Made by a program: the position numbers and the translations under genes. Below are positions 49,201-62,574 of a stretch of DNA of 64,000 bases, in pieces. Origin of the DNA: Octopus sinensis. Lineage: Eukaryota. Below the pieces are notes generated by a model, which was not told where the DNA came from, made no database searches, and was given only the letters and a program-made list of their open reading frames with translations. Position 1 is the first letter of the stretch. Each line of letters opens with the position of its first letter. The stretch covers positions 38,998,001 to 39,062,000 of the forward strand of contig NC_043008.1 in NCBI RefSeq assembly GCF_006345805.1. Direction: 5' to 3'.

Positions 49201-49638
49201 ATCGTCTTTTCCTACCCTTTTTTTCTTTCTCCCCGCCACGTCCTTCCTTTTCCAGTATCTAACAATAACAATCGACGATACACCTTCGCCATCCATTTGG
49301 GACTATGCTTTCAACAAAGAAGCCTCATCTTTTGTCTATCGACCTGCTTGAAATATCAGTGAGCTAAGTCTCACACATGTCACATACTACACTTCTAAAA
49401 AGAGAAAATACGAATCTGAAAAGAAAAGAAAAATGACGAATGATCATAGGGCAATACCTCTGAACATAGGGCTCCTCCATCAGGCTTGACCCAGAGCTAA
49501 ATAACATATCTATTTCATTCATAGCTTCCTTCACACACATTTATTAACATCTTTCTTCTCTCTCACTCTTTGTTCTCAATTTCTCAATCTTTCTTTTATG
49601 TTTCTTCCCTATAATTTCACCTCTCTCCCTTCATATAG

Positions 49639-49675
<37 letters not shown>

Positions 49676-49898
49676 CTCTCAATCCCATCCCTTCTCGAGT
49701 CGCTCTATTCGTCAATTTATGTCCTTCGTCCATCTCTCTATCTTTGGATCACGCTCTCTTAACTCCTATCATTTCGTCCTTTCTCACTTCCTTCGTTCTT
49801 GTTTCCTATTTTTTGCATCGTTCAGTTTTCTTTCCTCTTGTTCCTTGCAAATCATTACTTACAATTTTTCTATTTCATTTTTTCCCGATCCGATATAT

Positions 49899-49980
<82 letters not shown>

Positions 49981-49992
49981 GGCGGTGGCGGT

Positions 49993-50035
<43 letters not shown>

Positions 50036-50173
50036 GTAATCACACTTATGCACGCATACACGCGCACATATACCCATCCACAAGTATTTACACACACACA
50101 CACACACATATATGCATATTCATATGTATACATACATTATGCATATGCATACATACACACACACATATATACA

Positions 50174-50207
<34 letters not shown>

Positions 50208-50396
50208 CATATACAATATAATGAATATATGGTATATATACACCTATGTACATGTGTGTGCATGTATGGTTGTGCTTTACAGTAGATAGCTAGATATACA
50301 TATACGTATATGCACACACACACACACATATATTAATACTTACAAATACATAGACATGCATACATACATACATACATACATACATACATACATACA

Positions 50397-50430
<34 letters not shown>

Positions 50431-50455
50431 CATGCATACATACATATATACATAT

Positions 50456-50860
50456 AGGCGCAGGAGTGGCTGTGTGGTAAGTAGCTTGCTAACCAACCAC
50501 ATGGTTGCGGGTTCAGTCCCACTGCGTGGCATCTTGGGCAAGTGTCTTCTGCTATAGCCCCAGGTCGACCAAAGCCTTGTGAGTGGATTTGGTAGACGGA
50601 AACTGAAAGAAGCCTGTCGTATATATTTATATATATATATATGTGTTTGTGTGTCTGTGTTTGTTCCCCCAGCATTGCTTGACAACCGATGCTGGTGTGT
50701 TTACGTCCCCGTCAATTAGCGGTCCGGCAAAAGAGACCGATAGAATAAGTACTGGGCTTACAAAGAATAAGTCACGGGGTCGATTTGCTCGACTAAAAGG
50801 CGGTGCTCCAGCATGGCCGCAGTCAAATGACTGAAACAAGTAAAAGAGAGTAAAAAGAGA
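50456..50860 (+). mobile_element. SINE family B, full length
   Basis: taggcgcaggagtggctgtgtggtaagtagcttg...ggcggtgctccagcatggccgcagtcaaatgactgaaacaagtaaaagagag. Confidence 0.9.
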
Positions 50861-51139
50861 GTATACATCCTTAGATTCCAATATCCTTCTCATCCCCTAT
50901 TCTTCTACTCAGCTGCTTCCTTAGATCCTCTTCTCTCTCCCTGACATTTCCCCCATTTATCCCCCTTCCCCTACTCACTCCCTTTCCTTCCTTCCTCCCT
51001 TCCTTTCCTTCCTTCCTCCCTTCCTTCCTTCCTTCCTCCCTTCCTTCATTCTTATTTTCTTCATTTCTTTTATTCCTGCCTCTCATTGTTTCATGGAACC
51101 AACTTTGCTTTTCGTCCGTCCGCATTTGCTAAAAATATT

Positions 51140-51738
51140 TATTTCTTTATTGACCACAAGGGGCTAAACATAGAGGAGACAAACAAGGACAGACAAACGG
51201 ATTAAGTCGATTACCACGACCCCAGTGCGTAACTGGTACTTAATTTATCGACCCTGAAAGGATGAAAGGCAAAGTCGACCTCGGTGGAATTTGAACTCAG
51301 AACGTAACGACAGACGAAATACCTATTTCTTTACTACCCACAAGGGGCTAAACACAGAGAGGACAAACAAGGACAGACAAACGGATGAAGTCGATTATAT
51401 CGACCCACTGCTTAACTGGTACTTAATTTATCGACCCCGAAAGGATGAAAGGCAAAGTCGACCTCGGCGGAATTTGAACTCAGAACGTAACGACAGACGA
51501 AATACCTATTTCTTTACTACCCACAAGGGGCTAAACACAGAGAGGACAAACAAGGACAGACAAACGGATTAAGTCGATTACCACGACTCCACTGCGTAAC
51601 TGGTACTTATTTAATCGACCCCGAAAGGATGAAAGGCAAAGTCGACCTCGGCGGAATTTGAACTCAGAACGTAACGACAGACGAAATATCGCCAAGTATT
51701 TCGCCCAGCGTGCTAACAATTCTGCCGGCTTACCGCCC
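51140..51738 (-). mobile_element. SINE family C trimer (unit ~183 bp)
   Basis: gaaatacctatttctttactaccc at 51316 and 51499. Three units, one head. Confidence 0.9.
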
Positions 51739-51926
51739 TAAAAGGGTTTCTAAAATACTGTACCAGTCAACTGCTGAGGTTTGTTTAATATTCCTATAAA
51801 TATCCTAGATGTGAATGGGCTCAGAATAGGTGACTAAGACCGTTTTCCCTTCGCTTTTCGTTTCTATCCCTGTTGGATTTTATCTTTTCCCTGCATGAAG
51901 TTCTCCTCTTTCCTCCATATATCTTA

Positions 51927-52004
<78 letters not shown>

Positions 52005-52107
52005 CTATCTATGTTTTCCTCTGGTTCCCTTCATTCCTCTTTCCTGTGTCTATCACCATTTCTCTGTCCCTATTTTTCTGTGTATAGATTTATACATGGG
52101 TACACAC

Positions 52108-52138
<31 letters not shown>

Positions 52139-52201
52139 GGTATGTATGTATGTATGTATGTATATGTATGTATGATATATATATAAGTATTTATATATAT
52201 C

Positions 52202-52237
<36 letters not shown>

Positions 52238-52260
52238 TTATATATATATATATATGTATA

Positions 52261-52309
<49 letters not shown>

Positions 52310-53449
52310 TTATGTATATTCTTTTATCCTTTTGCTTCAATACACACACACACACATATATACACAACCACACACATACAGAGAGAGAAAGAGAGATGAT
52401 ATGTATATATACATATTCTTTCTTGTCTCTATGACATCACTATCACACCCAGTTCCTTCTTCCTGCTTCTCTCTCTTTCTCTCCCTCCCTCCCTTTCTAT
52501 TCCCCTCACCTAGTTTCTCTTTATTTCTAGCATTCCGCTTTCCCTCTATTTCCGTGAGTCCTTTTTTCCTCTATACTTTCGCCAGGAACACCTTTCTTCC
52601 CTTAACACTTTTTATAATTTTTCCCCCCCCCCCCCCCACATACTCACACTATCACCCTTCGTTTTTCATTCTTTCTTTTCTCTCTCTCCCTCCTTCTCTC
52701 TCTTCTTTTCTCTCCCTCTCACTATACAACTCGCTCATAATGGCAGTAAACATTGACAATATGATTGCAATACGAACATTTCTAATAATATCCAGCCGCG
52801 ATACCATACCCCGGATAGCATCAATAATGGAAGCTGTATTTCTTCAGAGAGAACAGATAGAACAAAGCTAACGCAACACAAAAGGATATTCCATATTTCC
52901 ATTTATAAGCGAAGAATTCCAACATGTTTCATAAAACCAAACTCAACATCTACTCCAGCTTTCTAATACAGCTTCTTTTTCATTTACAACCCAAAACACG
53001 GAACCATTTAACTAAATAATCCAACCGCCGGATTAATGGAAAAGATAAAATTGAACTCCTGTATAGTTATAACCAAGTGAATATTTTGTAGTAGTAGTAG
53101 TAGTAGTAGCTGTTGTTGTTGTTATTGTTCTTGTTTTGCTTTTTATTGTTGATTCTTGGTGTTTGCTTCTTGTTCTTGTTTGTGTTTGTTGTTATGTATC
53201 TTGTTGGAATGTAATAGTTGTAGAAATTGCTTTGGTTGTTGTTGTTGTTTCTGATTCTGTTCTTTTTACTGTTGTTGATTTCTTTTTTGTTATTGTTGAT
53301 TTGTTACAGTTGTTTTTGCTATTGTTGCTCTTCCTATTCTGTTTTATTACTAATTTTGTTATACTTGTTGGTGAGATTCTTTTGTTGTTCTTTTTCTCCT
53401 TTTTTTCTGGTTTTGTTGTTTTCATATGTGTTTCTATTGACTTAACAGT

Positions 53450-54330
53450 AGAGGCAATATGGCCTCTTCTCCAATAAGATGTGCGTTGAATTGCATATAT
53501 TAAGCTCGGGAGGTCAGAAGTTCAATTTCGCTTCAAGCTTCTTGCATTTCTTTGAAAAAGAAAAACACTATATTCAACAGTGCCACAGTTCACATAGAAT
53601 ATTCAGAATAAGGATCAAATATTCTATGAGTGTTTATCCCTAGACCAGAAGTTGCTAATCCTGTCCGATCCACTCTGATCAAACTAAATCAAGATGTCTT
53701 GGCATTGGATCTAATTTTTTTCTAGTTCTATACGTGTGATTGTTGGTCTGTTCAATAACTTATTCGTTATCACCAACACTGGTCGCTTCCCCAACAAGCT
53801 GAGAGATTCCTTTATCAATAACGAGGGATTTCCACTATTGAAAATATGTGAATAATGTAACACTTATAGGACGGAGTGTATAGGGTCCAAAGAAAATAAG
53901 GGACTTCTACTGAAAAATCATGTCAACCACTACAAACTGTTCCCCACTGGAAGCCACGATGATTAAACCGGAAATGGCACATGAGAGTCACACTCTAGTG
54001 CGTGCCGGGCCGATGTTCGATCTGACACGATGGAAAACAATACCTTGTCTCCAAGAAGCAGGGTCCCATTACAGCTTATAATTTAGTTCTTGCATTGACG
54101 CATTTGTTATCAACTCCTGCATCCGGCTGTGTTTCTCAGATGTACTGGTCTTGTATTGTTTCTGACCTAGTGACACTCAAGAAAAATCACTTCATATGTG
54201 CAAGAAGTATTCAAATTTGCTTACATCAGTTCTGAGTAAACAGTTTTGTCAACTCATTATCACTGACAAGAAACGTGTACCATTACTATAGACTAGGAAT
54301 AATAGCAAACTGTGGTGTTTATGCAAGGGA
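53450..54330 (-). pseudogene. Very degenerate C-terminal (CCHC knuckle plus RLE) fragment of a restriction-like-endonuclease LINE
   Basis: Traces across frames: AIQDQYI (AIQEQ.I), DNKC (DxxCRxC), RYCFP (RYYLP.RHD), NRPTI (NRPDI). Confidence 0.45.
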
Positions 54331-54807
54331 ACTAGGTTTTCGCTGCGGCATACGTTTAAGACAATTAATATTGGTCATTCTCCATGGGATAATAAGAACA
54401 CTTTTTCCGTGATTTCTTGATAAGAAACAGAAAGCTGACATATTTCTCTCACATTTCAAGAAAGAAAACAAATTCATCAAGGCTGTAACACTGTTGTCCA
54501 TTGATCAGATCAATAAAGGTTTGACTTATGGTTAAAGAACAACAATAACAACAACAACAACAACAACGTCAATTTTAATGACTCTGGGGCATGGTAGGCA
54601 TATATTTCAATAACCCTTAAAACCTATTAAGAAAACTGAACAACGAAGAAAATTTAATATAGAATCCCAGCAGGATTTACAGTCTCAAAAATCAAAGCCA
54701 CCAGGGAAGGTTTTCTATTTTTGTTTACGTTGTCCCTCAACTTACTCGTAATAGAAGCCAATTCACTCTCATAACCCTCTAACACCTCTTAAAGGTGTCA
54801 TATACAA

Positions 54808-55225
54808 AAGGCGGCGAGCTGGCAGAAGCATTAGCACGCCGGGCGAAATGCTTAGCGGTATTTTGTCTACCGTTACGTTGCGAGTTCAAATTCCGCCGAG
54901 GTCGACATTGCCTTTCATCCTTTCGGGGTCGATTAAATAAGTACCAGTTACGCACTGGGGTCGATGTAATCGACTTAATCCGTTTGTCTGTCCATGTTTG
55001 TCCTCTCTATGTTTAGCCCCTTGTGGGTAGTAAAGAAATAGGTATTTCGTCTACCGTTACGTTGTGAGTTCAAATTCCGCCGAGGTCGATTTTGCCTTTC
55101 ATCCTTTCGGGGTCGATCAAATAAGTACCAGTTACGCACTGGGGTCGATATAATCGACTTAATCTGTTTGTCTGTCCTTGTTTGTCCTCTCTGTGTTTAG
55201 CCCCTTGTGGGTACAAAAGAATAGG
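54808..55225 (+). mobile_element. SINE family C dimer
   Basis: aaggcggcgagctggcagaagcattagcacgccgggcgaaatgcttagcggtatttt...; junction aaagaaataggtatttcgtc at ~55033-55052. Confidence 0.9.
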
Positions 55226-55542
55226 TATCATATACAAAGATGGTATAAACAGTTGTATCACATTTAACTGTAGATTTTCTTGTTCTGGAAGTAAACCGCT
55301 GCAAAAATATATCGAGGAAAGTTTTTTCTAGACACACTTGGATTTGGGTAAACACAACTGACCATGGAGAGAATTGAAAGCTGAGCGATATCAACCTTGT
55401 ATGGTAACGGAATATAAAGCGTTGAAGAACGAAAACAAAATACAGCGGAGATATCGGGTCCGGAGTTCTTAACTTGCGTGTAGACATATTGCAAAGAAAT
55501 AAACAAAACAAGCGACATGTATATATATATATATATGGATGT

Positions 55543-55925
55543 ATGCAGTAGGAAGGTTCCTTCCCAACCATATGGTTCCGGGTTCAGTCCTACTGTGTGG
55601 CACTTTGGGCAAGTGTCTTCTACTATAGCCTCGGGTGGACCAAAGCCTTGTGAGTGGATTTGGTAGACGGAAGCAGAAAGAAGCCCTTCGGATATATATA
55701 TATGTGTGCGTGTGTGTGTGTGCGCGCGTGTGTGTGTGTGGGCATGTATGTATGTATTTGTGTGTCTATGTCCGCCCTCCATCGCGTGAGAACCAATGTT
55801 GGCGTGTTTACGCCCTCGTAACTTAGCGGTTCGGCAAATACAAAGAATAAGTCCTGGGGTCGATTTGTTCGACTAAAGGCGGTGGTCCAGCATGGCCGCA
55901 GTCAAATGACTGAAACGCAGTAAAA
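55543..55925 (+). mobile_element. SINE family B
   Basis: ggttccgggttcagtcctactgtgtggcactttgggcaagt...ggcggtggtccagcatggccgcagtcaaatgactgaaac. Confidence 0.85.
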
Positions 55926-56299
55926 GAAATAAAAGAAAAAAATCAAGAAATATACAAGCAAACTTTCGAAGCGTTGAATGTGGTTGGTATTTTGCCGACA
56001 GAAAGTAAATTTCGAAAGTCTTAAAGCTGCTGGAACAGTTTTACTGCGTTCGAAATTTACTTTCTTGGCTGCAATGTATGTATGTGTGTGTGCGTCTGTG
56101 TGTGTGTGTGTGTACATACATACATACATACATACTCACATACATACATACTCACATACATACATACATACATACATACATACATACTACATACATACAT
56201 ACATACATACATACATACATACGTATTTATGTTTATTATTATTTATGGTGTTCAAGAATGTAGATATAATCTATTGACATTGTCTCTGGAACATAGTGA

Positions 56300-58780
56300 C
56301 CGGTAAATGGTTTTACAACTTATGTCGCTTAGTTCCTCTTTGGTGCAGTCCAGAAAAGCAACAGAATATCTTATTAGAGAAATTGGCCATATATTTACTG
56401 CAGAAATGCTTTTCCGCCATTCAGTTTTGAGATCAGCACTCTTTTTACTCTCCTGGGATATTCGTTTCGTACCTTTCCTATCGTTTCTTGACACAGGGTT
56501 CTATCTACCTCCAAAACACCTAGGTACTTGTATCGATCACCCTCATTTATTGCTCGGATCGATGTCTTATTTGGGAGTTTTATCCCTTCTGGCTTGGATA
56601 CTCTCCCTCTCTCTATCTCTAGCATAACACATATAACTATTCCAAACTACATGCCAATGTCATTACCCACAAATCTAACAGTGAGTATCAGTGAATCGAA
56701 AGCTTTCTCACTTTTGGCAAATAATTCCAGGTCGTCCACAAACAGGAGGTGGTTTATTTTCTCACCACTGCTAAACTCGTAGCTTAGTTTAACCTCTCTC
56801 AGCGTCAATGTAAGAGGGATAAGGGCAACCACGAATAGCACTAGTGAGTGTGTATCACCTTTAAATATTCCCCTACTTATATTGACTTCACGGGCTTCTT
56901 TCGGCATGATAGTATAGTTCTCCATTTTAGCATACCATTTTGTAGCGGCTGGATAACATTCTCAGCTATCCCAAGCACATTATCATATGCCTTTAGGTAA
57001 TCGGGCCATGCCGTTGCTAGATATTTCTTCCTGCATTTGACCTCTCGGGGAATTTTCTGATCTATATATAGTAAGTCGTCTGTCCCGTTCGAGTTTTTTT
57101 CTGCATCTTTTATTTCCTCTGATAGCAGATCTCCCTTCTCAAAATATCGATATATGTCCTTTGCAATAACAACTGTCAGCAACTTCCATATCATTGGAAG
57201 GTAAGTTATTGGTCGGTAGTTAGTTACTGTATTTCCTTTCATTTGATCTTTCAATATCAGAACCGTCCTACTTTTCATCACCCATTCAGGAGTATCTCTT
57301 GTCGCAATACAATCATTTAGTTGTCCTCTCATTCTATCATGAAGCATAGTGAAACGGTAAACGTTTCAGCCAAAATCCCTGGAGCAAATCTGGTCGAGAA
57401 GATTTCCAGTTTGGCATCCTTTTCACATTTTTAACTGTTCGCCTCTGATCTCTTTATATGTTTTGGCAAATGTGCGTTTATTCGCCTTTGTCTTTTTATA
57501 ACTTTCTACGTTCTCATTATATTTCACTTCGTGACCCCAAATGTTTCTCCAGAATTCCTTGTAACATCTCCATTTATTTCTTTGTAAAATCAACTTTGAT
57601 CTATTTCGGATAACTAATTTTGTCTAAACTGTTCAGTTCTATTCTTGTATCTCTTGATCTTGGAAGCTTTTACTTTCATCCTTTGTTTTAATTCTTCCAT
57701 TACTCTCTTTTATCCTTTTTGTTTCAGCCAGTACATTCTTAGGATTACTTCATGGAATCTAGCTTTTATGGTAACTCCGTGGTAAGATCTTTTCGCAAAT
57801 AATCTCTATGTCTCTGTAATCGCATTTTCCACCAGGGTTCTCTTTCCTTTGAAGTTGTAATATCTTCACTCCAAATCTTTCCGTTACTACCACTGCTGCA
57901 GCATATGGTGATATCATTACTTCTGATCTTGTTAAACACTTGCGTAATTATTTGTATCTCTTTCATTGTTTTATTCTTCTTCATTATTTCTATTGATGGT
58001 AACGTTTCTCATTCATCTGACTGAGTAATATCATGTAGTCTATCAGCAATGACCAGCTCTTCATCGGAAAAGTTATGTTCAGGTTCCTCGTGCACAGTTA
58101 AGGGTTTTGCGATATGTGATATCTAAACCTCCGTGTCTCTGCTTTCAGTGTCATTGCGAAAACATAGAAAAAGATAATTTTAAGTTGCTATTTTCCCCTT
58201 TGTAGACTCTGCTTTTGATTTCTTCAATTTGTACTTCTGTTAAGCAGCCTTTCTGGGTTTTTTTTACCTGTCTTATTTTGTCGCTTAGTCTCTCCCAGGT
58301 GACATCAAACATTCCTTTTTGAAACCATATCTCTCTCATTCTGTTCACATAACCAAATCTGCTTAGTTCATTTCGGATGTAACATTCCATCAGTCTGCTT
58401 CAATTGATCTTTCCTCCTTTCTTTCATAGCTGACGACTGGGCCTACCCTGCTGTACAGTCAGCCACCAACCGGGTGGGAAATCTTCACCATTATCAGTTC
58501 CAGTCACATTCACGCCATCATTCAACAGACTTGTATTTGACATTCTCACTCATAATGTGAGGCAATGAGGTGACCCAACCACCGGTGTTTTGATTGAGAC
58601 ATCATCTTGAATAAAGGTTGCCCATGAGACACACTTAACCTCGCCAGAGGCTAACCTAGTATTTCAAGGTCTCGGGATGGATTTAGAGGTACAGCACTTA
58701 TCAGCAGTAACATGAAGGTAGTTGTGGATAAGGATAGCCTCATTTATTCCAAGTGGTGACTCCACAGCCGGATGCAGGTT
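56300..58780 (-). mobile_element. Degraded R4/Dong-type non-LTR retrotransposon (5' region, N-terminus and RT)
   Basis: MECYIR..GYVNRMREIWFQKGMFDVT.ERLSDKIRQ, EPWWKMRL, PEWVMKSRTVLILKD..KG...NYRPITYLPMIWKLLT, DYLKAYD, RGIFKGD..SLVLFVVALIPL, INHLLFVDDL, YKYLGVLE, AVNIWPISLIRYS. Confidence 0.85.
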
Positions 58781-58792
58781 ATTTTTATTAAG

Positions 58793-59000
58793 TCGGCGAG
58801 CTGGCAGAATCGTTTGCACGCCGGGCAAAATGCTTAGCGGCATTTCGTCAGACTTTACATTCTGAGTTCAAACTCCGCCGAGGTCGACTTTGCCTTTCAT
58901 CCTTTCGGGGTCAATAAATCAAGTACCAGTTGAACACTGGGGTCAATGTAATTGACTTACCGCCTTCCCTGAAACTCCTGGCCTCGGCCTTGTGCCAAAT
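58793..59000 (+). mobile_element. SINE family C monomer
   Basis: ggcgagctggcagaatcgtttgcacgccgggcaaaatgcttagcggcatttcgtc...gccgaggtcgactttgcctttcatcctttcggggtc. Confidence 0.85.
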
Positions 59001-59077
59001 TGTGAAATTATTGTTGTGAAATGCTGCAAAACACAATGACATACACGTACACACACGTTTTTATATGTATGTATTTA

Positions 59078-59455
59078 TAGGCGCAGGAGTGGCTGTGTGG
59101 TAAGTAGCTTGCCTACCAACTACATGGTTCCGGGTTCAGTCCCACTGCCGACCAAAGCCTTGTGAGTGGATTTGGTAGACGGAAACTAAAAGAAGCCCGT
59201 CGTATATATGTATATATATATGTGTATGTATATGTGTGTGTATGTTTGTGTGTCTGTGTTTGTCCGACCAACATCGCTTGACAACCGATGCTGGTGTGTT
59301 AACGTCCCCGTAACATAGCGTTTCGGTAAAAGTGACCGATAGAATAAGTACTAGGCTTACAAAGAATAAGTCCTGGGGTCGATTTGATCGACTAAAGGCG
59401 GTGCTCCAGCATGGCCACAGTCAAATGACTGAAACAAGTAAAAGAGTAAAAAAGA
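59078..59455 (+). mobile_element. SINE family B, full length with small internal deletion
   Basis: taggcgcaggagtggctgtgtgg...ggcggtgctccagcatggccacagtcaaatgactgaaacaagtaaaagagtaaaa. Confidence 0.9.
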
Positions 59456-60014
59456 GAGAGTAATGTATACATGTCTGCCTGTGTGCGTACCTACGTGCTA
59501 TTGTATGTTCGCAAGTTTTTATTTTTCTTTTGTCCAACCGTTCTTTCTGTAGGCATGTGTGAATGTATAACTAACTTGTTTATCTGTACGCATTCTGGAA
59601 CAGATCGATAAATAAATAAATGAATAAACATATATAAATAAATCAAATATATGTATGTGAGATGAAGGATTTGATAACGAGTGTAATGGTGGGTGTGAGA
59701 AATGAAGAAAAATACATAAAGAGAAAGAGAGAGAGAGAGAGAGTCAAAACAAGGGAGAAGTCCTTATTGTCAGGAGATACATAGAAACGAATATGAGAAC
59801 GGATAACATCAAAGGTAGTTGTTTCTATTGACAACTCTTCCAGTGCAATGTTGGGAACCGTAACCATTTACCTACCCAGAAACGTAATTCTACGATAAAA
59901 TCTCAGAAAAATATTTCTGAAAAATCGTGAAGAGCCATAAATAGGAAAAATTATGCTTGGATGTACTAAAAGGATCCTATTGATTAAACACACTGTTCCA
60001 CCCACGAGAGCAAT

Positions 60015-60461
60015 ACTGTGTGTGTGTGTGGTGTGTGTGTGTGTGCGTGCGCGTGTGTGTGCGCGTGTGTGTATATGCACATACACACATATATATGCAT
60101 ATATATGTGTGTATGTATATATTATATATATATATTATATATATGTATATATATTGTGTGTGTGTTGTGTTATATATATATGTATATATATTTGTGTGTG
60201 TTGTATATATATATATGTATTATATATACATATATATATGTAATATATATATATATGTATGTATATATATATATATATGTATGTATATAATATATATGTA
60301 TATATATATGTATGTATATATATATGTATGTATAGGATGTATATATATATGTATATATATGTATGTATATATGTATGTATATATATAGATGTATTATATA
60401 TATGTATGTATATATATGTTATATATATGTATGTATATATATATATGTATATATATGTATG

Positions 60462-60500
<39 letters not shown>

Positions 60501-60511
60501 GTATATATATG

Positions 60512-60542
<31 letters not shown>

Positions 60543-60912
60543 GTATATACATTATATATTACTAGTTATATATTATATATATATATATACATATGTATTT
60601 TATGTATATATATATATTACATATATATATATATACATATTATATATAAAGATATATATATGTATATATATAATACATATATATATACATATATATATAT
60701 GATATATATATCATATTATATACATATATATATATATGTATATATATATAATATATATATACATATATATATATATATATTTACATATATATATACATAT
60801 TATATATATATATATATTACATATATATATATATATATATATATTTATATGTATATATATATATTTTTAAGGATTTAAAGGATTTTTAAGGATACATATA
60901 TATATATATATA
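60015..60912 (+). repeat. ~900-bp (TG)n/(TA)n/(TATG)n compound microsatellite
   Basis: Directly visible. Similar tracts at 8990-9540, 16060-16760, 19160-19620, 25640-25990 and 52090-52310. Confidence 0.95.
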
Positions 60913-61354
60913 CCGGTTCCGTTTTCAGCAGAGAAAGACGTGATTGCCTTTGCTCTGTGAAAAAGTCTGCATAGAACGGCGAAATAACCCACTGTAGTTG
61001 CAAAACGTAAAACTCTAAGTCATAGAGATCACTACAACACTTTGGTTAAAAATATTTAAAAAAATATATATATAAATATATACATATTCACAGTAATTTT
61101 CATTTTCACCGAAACGCACATGGTGCAAAAATAACTGAATCAAGTTATCTCCTGCAAGAAAGAAAAAAGAAGCATCTCTCCTGAAAAAAAATCCCGTAAA
61201 CCAAAAAAATAATCAAGACCACATTGTTGGATTAAGTATCAATTTCATCTATTTCATATTTATTTATTATTCTATTTTATCTTTCACTTAGGCCCACATC
61301 TTAGTTAAGTTGCGATCGTCATTTGTTTGTTTACATTTTCAATAACTGTTCTCG

Positions 61355-62515
61355 ATATAATAATTTTCCAGATACTCTATCTTCTAATTAGCCTTAAGAT
61401 TAAATTAAATAACGTTAATATTGATACCGTCAAATTAGCCTTAGGATTAAATTAAATAACGTTTAATATTGTTTAATATTGTTAATAATTATTGTTAATT
61501 AGCCTTAAGATTAATTAAATAACGTTTAATATTGTTTTAATATTGTTAATATTTTTCAGATACTCTATCTTCTAATTAGCCTTAAGATTAAATTAAATAA
61601 CGTTTAAATTATAACGTCTAATTAGCCTTAGGATTAAATTAAATAACGTTTAATATTGTTAATAATTATTGTTAATTAGCCTTAGGATTAATTAAATAAC
61701 GTTTAATATTGTTTAATATTGTTAATAATTACTGTTAATAGCCTTAAGATTAAATAAATAACGTTAATATTGTTAATAACTATTGTTAATTAGCCTTAGG
61801 ATTAAATTAAATAACGTTTAATATTGTTTAATATTGTTAATTAGCCTTAGATTAAATTAAAAACGTTTAATATTGTTTTAATATTGTTAATAATTCTTTC
61901 AGATACTCTATCTTCTAATTAGCCTTAAGATTAATTAAATAACGTTAATATTAACCACACTCTAATATAATATTAACATTGCTAATAATTTTCAGATACT
62001 CTATCTCCTGATTAGCCTTAAGATTAAATAACGTTTTTATCCACACTCTAATATAATATTAATATTGCTAATATATTTTCAGATACTCTATCTTCTAATT
62101 AGCCTTAAGATTAATTAAATAACGTTTAATATTAATAACGTCTAATTAGCCTTAAGATTAAATTAAATAACGGTTTATTGCTTAATTTGTATATATAATT
62201 TTTCAGATACTCTGTCTTCTAATTAGCCTTAAGATTAAATTAAATAACGTTTAATATTACCCACACTCTAATATAATATTAATATTGCTAATATATTTTC
62301 AGATACTCTATCTCCAAATTAGCCTTAAGATTAAATAACGTTTTTTTACCCACACTCTAATATAATATTAATATTGCTAATATATTTTCAGATACTCTAT
62401 CTCCTAATTAGCCTTAAGATTAAATAACGTTTTTACCCAAATAACGTTTTTACACAAACTTTAATATTGTTAATATTTCTTTTTCAAGTACTCTATCTTC
62501 TAATTAGCCTTAATA
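61355..62515 (+). repeat. Hierarchical AT-rich minisatellite (core attagcctta(a/g)gatta, ~20 copies)
   Basis: Left part has 45-60 bp units. Right part has ~88-97 bp units beginning ttttcagatactctatct and ending ccacactctaatataatattaatattgctaata. Confidence 0.9.
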
Positions 62516-62574
62516 TCTTCCTGTCTTCTCTCGAACATAATTAGATAGATAAACGGATAGACGGATTATCCAGC

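Noticed and set aside
53136-53477. 113-aa hydrophobic ORF and K/T-rich antisense ORF
   Set aside because: Degenerate (GTT/TTG)n low-complexity tract.
58560-58780. Possible HDV-like ribozyme at the 5' end of the R4-type LINE
   Set aside because: Only a simple hairpin (ttaacctc-gcca-gaggctaa) is seen. I could not build the nested double-pseudoknot.
61355-62515. Repeat-spacer appearance suggestive of CRISPR (also the SINE C multimers)
   Set aside because: The intervening sequences are themselves repeated, unit lengths are irregular, the context is eukaryotic and there are no cas genes.
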